Shown one piece after another: positions 60,165 through 64,000 of a DNA stretch of 64,000 bases. The DNA is from a virus, in IMG/VR virus record IMGVR_UViG_3300046820_002141, positions 7,446 to 71,445 of that record; one strand, 5' to 3'. Under the pieces are notes generated by a model, which worked only from the letters and a program-made list of their open reading frames with translations, was not told the DNA's origin and did not search any database. The translations under genes were made by a program, and so were the position numbers. Position 1 is the stretch's first letter. The number at the start of each line of letters is the position of its first letter.

Positions 60165-61049
60165 TTAACCCACATAATATAAATGCCATGGTTCTGCAAT
60201 TCTCAAAGGGCCTTGTTTCTTGTAGGTAACATCAAAACCATATTTAGAAGCATTTGTTGCTACCCAATCTTTAACATCCGAATTTTGATTCCACCAAGAT
60301 GTCTCAACACTAAAAATATCGAAAGCCTTTCCGGTATGGTGTTGGGAAAATCCAGGAACTGTATTTGCTCTTTGTGTATTATCAATACCTCTTTTTTGGG
60401 CTTTATTTCCAAAATTCTTAACTTGGTCGGAATAACTTCTATAACCTGAGATAATTCCTTTAGTATTTGCTAACTTAGGAAATTTGTTTTTAGCATCATT
60501 AACTAATTTATTTATCTGTGAATTGGCTTCACTATTAACACCTCCAGAATCCTCTCTATAGTTACCTTCTTGTTCAAATTCACGTTTGATATGTTCATCA
60601 GTTATTACTATACCATAAAGATTTTTAAGTTGTGTTATTGAATTTTGAATACTTTTAGGTAATTTATCAATTTCACTAGAACTTTGTTTACTTACAGGTG
60701 TCTGAGTATTTTTAGTTTCAGTATTTTTTTCTTGTTTTTTTGGTTCTGGGTTAGATGGTATAGTCACTGGAGTGTCCTCGACACTAGGTTTTACTACCTC
60801 GGGTTTAACAGATATATTTTTGGAGGCACTAATTAAAGCCTGTAAACTATCCTTTCCAAATTTCCCGTCTTGTTCTTCTTCAGGCATATTCAGTAACTTT
60901 TGCGCCTCTCTCATATAATAACTTAATGGTTTCATTGGTTCTGAATCCTCTGTCACTAAATTTTTTTTACCAATATTTGTCTCATTTAATGGTTGTAATC
61001 CCATCAAATTTCTATAATGATTTATTTCATTAATAAATTCTTTTTTCAT
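60165..61049 (-). CDS. M15 (VanY-like) D,D-carboxypeptidase/endolysin with PG-binding-like module
   Basis: SGYRSY..Q, PGFSQHHTGKAFD, EPWH. Confidence 0.9.
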   Translation of the reverse strand: MKKEFINEINHYRNLMGLQPLNETNIGKKNLVTEDSEPMKPLSYYMREAQKLLNMPEEEQDGKFGKDSLQALISASKNISVKPEVVKPSVEDTPVTIPSNPEPKKQEKNTETKNTQTPVSKQSSSEIDKLPKSIQNSITQLKNLYGIVITDEHIKREFEQEGNYREDSGGVNSEANSQINKLVNDAKNKFPKLANTKGIISGYRSYSDQVKNFGNKAQKRGIDNTQRANTVPGFSQHHTGKAFDIFSVETSWWNQNSDVKDWVATNASKYGFDVTYKKQGPLRIAEPWHLYYVG

Positions 61050-61188
61050 TATAATGTTTTTAACTATTTCTAGATATTAAGTCTTTCAAAGCTTTCAAAC
61101 TATCCTTTCCAAATTTTCCATCTTGTTCTTCTTCAGGCATGTTCAGTAACTTTTGTGCCTCTCTCATATAATAACTTAATGGTTTCAT
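60844..61188. repeat. 92-bp near-identical direct repeat (60844-60935 and 61097-61188)
   Basis: Encodes MKPLSYYMREAQKLLNMPEEEQDGKFGKDSL in both adjacent genes. Confidence 0.9.
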
Positions 61189-61804
61189 CGGTATAATTTC
61201 AGATGATGTTACTTTACTGGGTTCATTTGATACTTTTTTATTTGTTTTTGTTGTGTCCAAATTTTGGGTTGTTACTTTTACTGTACCGTCATAGTAAGGT
61301 CTTGGGTCAACTGTTTTTCCATTCTCATATACCTCAAAATGAATATGAGGTCCTGTTGACCCTCCTCTACCAGGGTCTCCTTTACCCCCTCCTGAAATTG
61401 CAATAACATCACCTTTTTTAACATTATCACCTATTTTTTTTAGTAATTTACTATTATGACAAAATCTTGTTTTAATTTTTTTTCCGTTAATATCACCGTG
61501 GTCAACCGCAATAGTTCCTCCACATTTATTATCCGCCATTTCACTTTGAATTACAACTCCATCGGCCATAGCTAAAACTTCCGTTCCGGTTGGGTGTGCT
61601 ATATCTAAACCATGATGAAATTTTTTACGTTTTGAAATGGGGTGAATTCTATAACCAAAACGAGATGTTATTCTTCCTTTTCCTGCATTCGCGATATAAG
61701 AAAAATCTTCAGATAATATTTTTTTATCACTACTTGTTTCATTTAATGGTTCTAAACCCATCAAATTTCTATAATGATTTATTTCATTAATAAATTCTTT
61801 TTTC
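60982..61804. repeat. 66-bp near-identical direct repeat (60982-61047 and 61739-61804)
   Basis: Encodes KKEFINEINHYRNLMGL(Q/E)PLNE at the 5' end of both genes. Confidence 0.9.
61060..61764 (-). CDS. M23 peptidase with PG-binding-like module
   Basis: HHGLDI (HxxxD), FCH, STGPHIHFEV (HxH); start uncertain. Confidence 0.9.
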   Translation of the reverse strand: MMGLEPLNETSSDKKILSEDFSYIANAGKGRITSRFGYRIHPISKRKKFHHGLDIAHPTGTEVLAMADGVVIQSEMADNKCGGTIAVDHGDINGKKIKTRFCHNSKLLKKIGDNVKKGDVIAISGGGKGDPGRGGSTGPHIHFEVYENGKTVDPRPYYDGTVKVTTQNLDTTKTNKKVSNEPSKVTSSEIIPMKPLSYYMREAQKLLNMPEEEQDGKFGKDSLKALKDLISRNS

Positions 61805-61839
61805 CTAATAATATTTTTATATAAATATTATGAAAAATA

Positions 61840-61867
61840 AAAAACCCCTCATAGAGGGGTTTATTTT
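61840..61867 (-). terminator. intrinsic terminator of the RNA operon
   Basis: Minus strand aacccctc-tat-gagggggtt followed by a T-run. Confidence 0.75.
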
Positions 61868-61971
61868 TAATAGTCCATAGTGTCCACATTAACCACTACG
61901 GAAGGTTACGACCAGTTAAGTTGTGATTCTTACTTTATGTTGCCTGCAACAGGTGAAACCTACTTCTATAG

Positions 61972-62044
61972 TTGCAGTGACAGGATTCGAACCTGTGATT
62001 TTGACCTTATGAGAGTCACGAGATGGCCTCTTCTCCACACTGCG
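61972..62044 (-). tRNA. tRNA-Met(CAU), initiator-like acceptor stem
   Basis: CGCAGTG..GAGA-AGAGGCCA-TCTC-G-TGACT-CTCATAA-GGTCA-AAATC-ACAGG-TTCGAAT-CCTGT-CACTGCA-A; CCA not encoded. Confidence 0.92.
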
Positions 62045-62060
62045 ATGTAAAAGTTAAACG

Positions 62061-62845
62061 AAGCCTGAGATTATAGCTTTGATTGAGAACCTTTTGAAGG
62101 ATTATTGTTTCCCTTCGTATCCACTTCATTTTGAGAAGTATTTCTCAGTCACGGTATTTTAGGTTTACCACTCCTTGAGGTTTAAGTTACTCTCTTATTA
62201 CTTGACTCTTTCCGAGGTTGCCACCCCAGTTCATCCTTGCGGGATTAAAGGTCTTTCGTAAAACTACAGTTAGACTTGGGGTCTTTCTGTGCCACGGACT
62301 ACCCGTGACTATGTAGTGACCTTTCACCTAAACCTGATGGACACTTTTCCTTGAATTATTGTTCATAATTTAAGATTGTGTCGTGGATGTGTCAGAGTAG
62401 TGGTCCACCGTAAGCTCCATCTCCTTTTGGGTGACGAAATACTAAACTACTCCGTGAGATATCCCTATCTCCATACTTTCAGATTACTTCATAAAGAGAC
62501 CTTGGTAGGCCATCTTTAGGGGTAGTAGCGACACCACTCGTTCTCTACCTTACCTTTCGGTTTTAAGTCCCCTTCGGTATTGGAATCCGCAATATTGTAG
62601 TTGGAAGCCACATTTCTTACTTGATTCCTATGGGTTATTCTTATTGTTCTTCCGAACTCAACTTGAGAATCCACATTCCCAAGTCACAATTCCACTTTCC
62701 CTACAGTGTTACCCTCGGTACTAAAGGTCTTGTGATACCCCACTTGTGTACTCGAGCTCCATTTCTGAAGCCGCAATCTCCTTAACACGGGGGAGACCAC
62801 TTTATCCTACTTTCGTAGTTTATTTTAAAGGACCATACACGGCCC
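62061..62845 (-). ncRNA. large (~785 nt) structured non-coding RNA, GOLLD-like
   Basis: No ORF, GC higher than flanks, many stems and GNRA loops (CUAC-GAAA-GUAG, ACC-GAAA-GGU, GCUUCA-GAAA-UGGAGC, ACUUGGGAAU-GUGG-AUUCUCAAGU); phage-encoded next to a tRNA; GOLLD assignment rests on size and context. Confidence 0.72.
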
Positions 62846-62852
62846 AAAAATC

Positions 62853-62880
62853 TTTCAAAGAACTTTTCGGTTATTTCCGA
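62853..62880 (-). promoter_or_regulatory. boxB-like hairpin plus boxA-like antitermination element
   Basis: TCGG-AAATAA-CCGA followed by GTTCTTTGAAA on the minus strand. Confidence 0.65.
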
Positions 62881-62889
62881 ATTGTTTTA

Positions 62890-63120
62890 CAAATTTAAGT
62901 CAAAATTTTCAATCTGTCAAATTTTTCTTAAACTTTTTTTAAGATTCGAGACTTGTATCTTAATCGTTGTCCGTCTCAAATCCTTTACAAATATATGGTG
63001 ACTTTTTCAATCTACCAAATTTATTTGTATTTTTTTTTAGATTTAACTTTCCGAGTATCTTTCATCACCTGTAGGTGTCAAATCCTATACAAATATAGGA
63101 ATAAATACTCACCAAACAAG
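62890..63120 (-). promoter_or_regulatory. three tandem Bacteroidota-type promoters
   Basis: TTTG-N20-TAAATTTG (62921-62890), TTTG-N20-TATATTTG (63019-62988), CTTG-N19-TATATTTG (63120-63090). Confidence 0.8.
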
Positions 63121-63136
63121 CAAAATCTTAAAAAAA

Positions 63137-63472
63137 TTAAGGTCTAGTTCTTAAAAGTTGATTTTCTGCTCTCAACTTTTCATTTTCTTTTCTTAAAAAA
63201 TCAACCTCAACTTCTAATCTTGAAAGTGAAGTTGTTAATAGGATGATGTTTTCTCTCATCTTATCTTTTTCCTTGGACGATTCATCGAGTAATGTTTCTA
63301 ATTTAACAATTCTTTCTCTTAAATCATCTCTATAAAGTTCTCCATCTTTGTGTTGATTCTCTTCTTGTCTTTGTTTCAACAACATCCGTTTTTCGTAAAA
63401 TCTCCACGCCGCGTTTGATGTTAATACCGTTAACAATGTAACGAGAATTGTAACCAAGTGTTGCTCCATCAT
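63137..63472 (-). CDS. membrane-anchored coiled-coil protein (holin-like candidate)
   Basis: N-terminal hydrophobic helix LVTILVTLLTVL, then coiled coil. Confidence 0.6.
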   Translation of the reverse strand: MMEQHLVTILVTLLTVLTSNAAWRFYEKRMLLKQRQEENQHKDGELYRDDLRERIVKLETLLDESSKEKDKMRENIILLTTSLSRLEVEVDFLRKENEKLRAENQLLRTRP

Positions 63473-63572
63473 CAGTTTTTGTTAAGTCAGTTATTATATT
63501 AAGATAAATATCAAAAACAAAAAAAAAGTATTACTTGATGTCATACTTTTTTATGCATATACGAATGTTTAA

Positions 63573-64000
63573 TTAAACCGTATGGTCAATATTAACCCTA
63601 ACACAAGTTTGAGGTTGATTTTCATTCATTAAAAAATTATTAACGTATCCCATAATATTTGCCGAACCGATTGGATTTGCCGAGTGAACTACAACCAAAG
63701 GAAATTTAATTTTGGTATTTCCTTTTTTTGAACGACTCATCTCAATCCTATCAGGATTCATTTCATAAAAATAATCAACAATCCATTTGGTACAATCATA
63801 ACCTGTTTTTTCGGTTATATTATTATAATCCAATTTGTAATTTGGGGAAACATTTGTGAAATACTCATTCATGGCTGTGTCACCCAAATCGTGGTCAAAT
63901 GAAATAGTTTCAATTTCACCAAGTCCAATCTCGGTTACTTTATTAACAAATTCATCATAACTTCTAACGACAATCCAGTCATTAGATAGGGGTGTACGAA
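63573..64000 (-). CDS. cyclic-phosphate-processing receiver-domain protein (5' partial)
   Basis: Frame open to the window edge: RTP...WIVVRSYDEF...ISFDHDLG...TGYDC..W...VHSANPIG. Confidence 0.75.
   Translation of the reverse strand, partial: RTPLSNDWIVVRSYDEFVNKVTEIGLGEIETISFDHDLGDTAMNEYFTNVSPNYKLDYNNITEKTGYDCTKWIVDYFYEMNPDRIEMSRSKKGNTKIKFPLVVVHSANPIGSANIMGYVNNFLMNENQPQTCVRVNIDHTV

Noticed and set aside
62061-62845. rRNA fragment, RNase P RNA or group I/II intron
   Set aside because: No universal rRNA, RNase P or intron core motifs were recognised, and no gene is interrupted; only a covariance search can fully exclude these
63045-63082. Hammerhead-like GUGAUGA...GAAA in the distal leader
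   Set aside because: Lacks the CUGAUGA core and a convincing stem II
62953-63147. 64-aa + strand ORF
   Set aside because: TTG start, antisense to the tandem promoters, no protein-like features
1-64000. Stop-codon reassignment as in some large phages
   Set aside because: TAG and TGA terminate intact genes (e.g. portal TGA, TerL TAG) and coding density is high under the standard code

Overview
AT-rich, gene-dense segment of a large T4-like (jumbo/'huge') phage using the standard genetic code. The host is probably Bacteroidota: TTTG-N19/20-TAnnTTTG promoters, no Shine-Dalgarno sites, a Bacteroidota-type bS21 and a DUF4494-like gene. Contents, left to right: (1) a glycosyltransferase/methyltransferase/nucleotide-metabolism cluster ending in a gp55-like sigma factor; (2) baseplate-like and small virion genes and an overlapping membrane-protein pair; (3) a 4347-aa mucin-like Thr/Pro- and Cys-rich adhesin-like protein, a secreted subtilase and a nuclease; (4) the head module (MCP, scaffold, prohead protease, bS21 on the opposite strand, portal, TerL); (5) a nucleotidyltransferase, KTSC protein, ClpC, peptidase, a phage tmRNA and wall peptidases. 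The strongest signal outside the ORF track is at 61.8-63.1 kb (minus strand): a non-coding unit built like an rRNA operon, with three tandem host-type promoters, boxB/boxA-like antitermination signals, a ~785-nt structured GOLLD-like RNA, an atypical initiator-like tRNA(CAU) and a terminator. Two further recurring signals are a TATTTATA motif upstream of late genes and a shared amphipathic peptide ending in (I/L)xE on many unrelated proteins (candidate capsid-loading tag). All family calls come from motif recognition by eye; no database searches were run.
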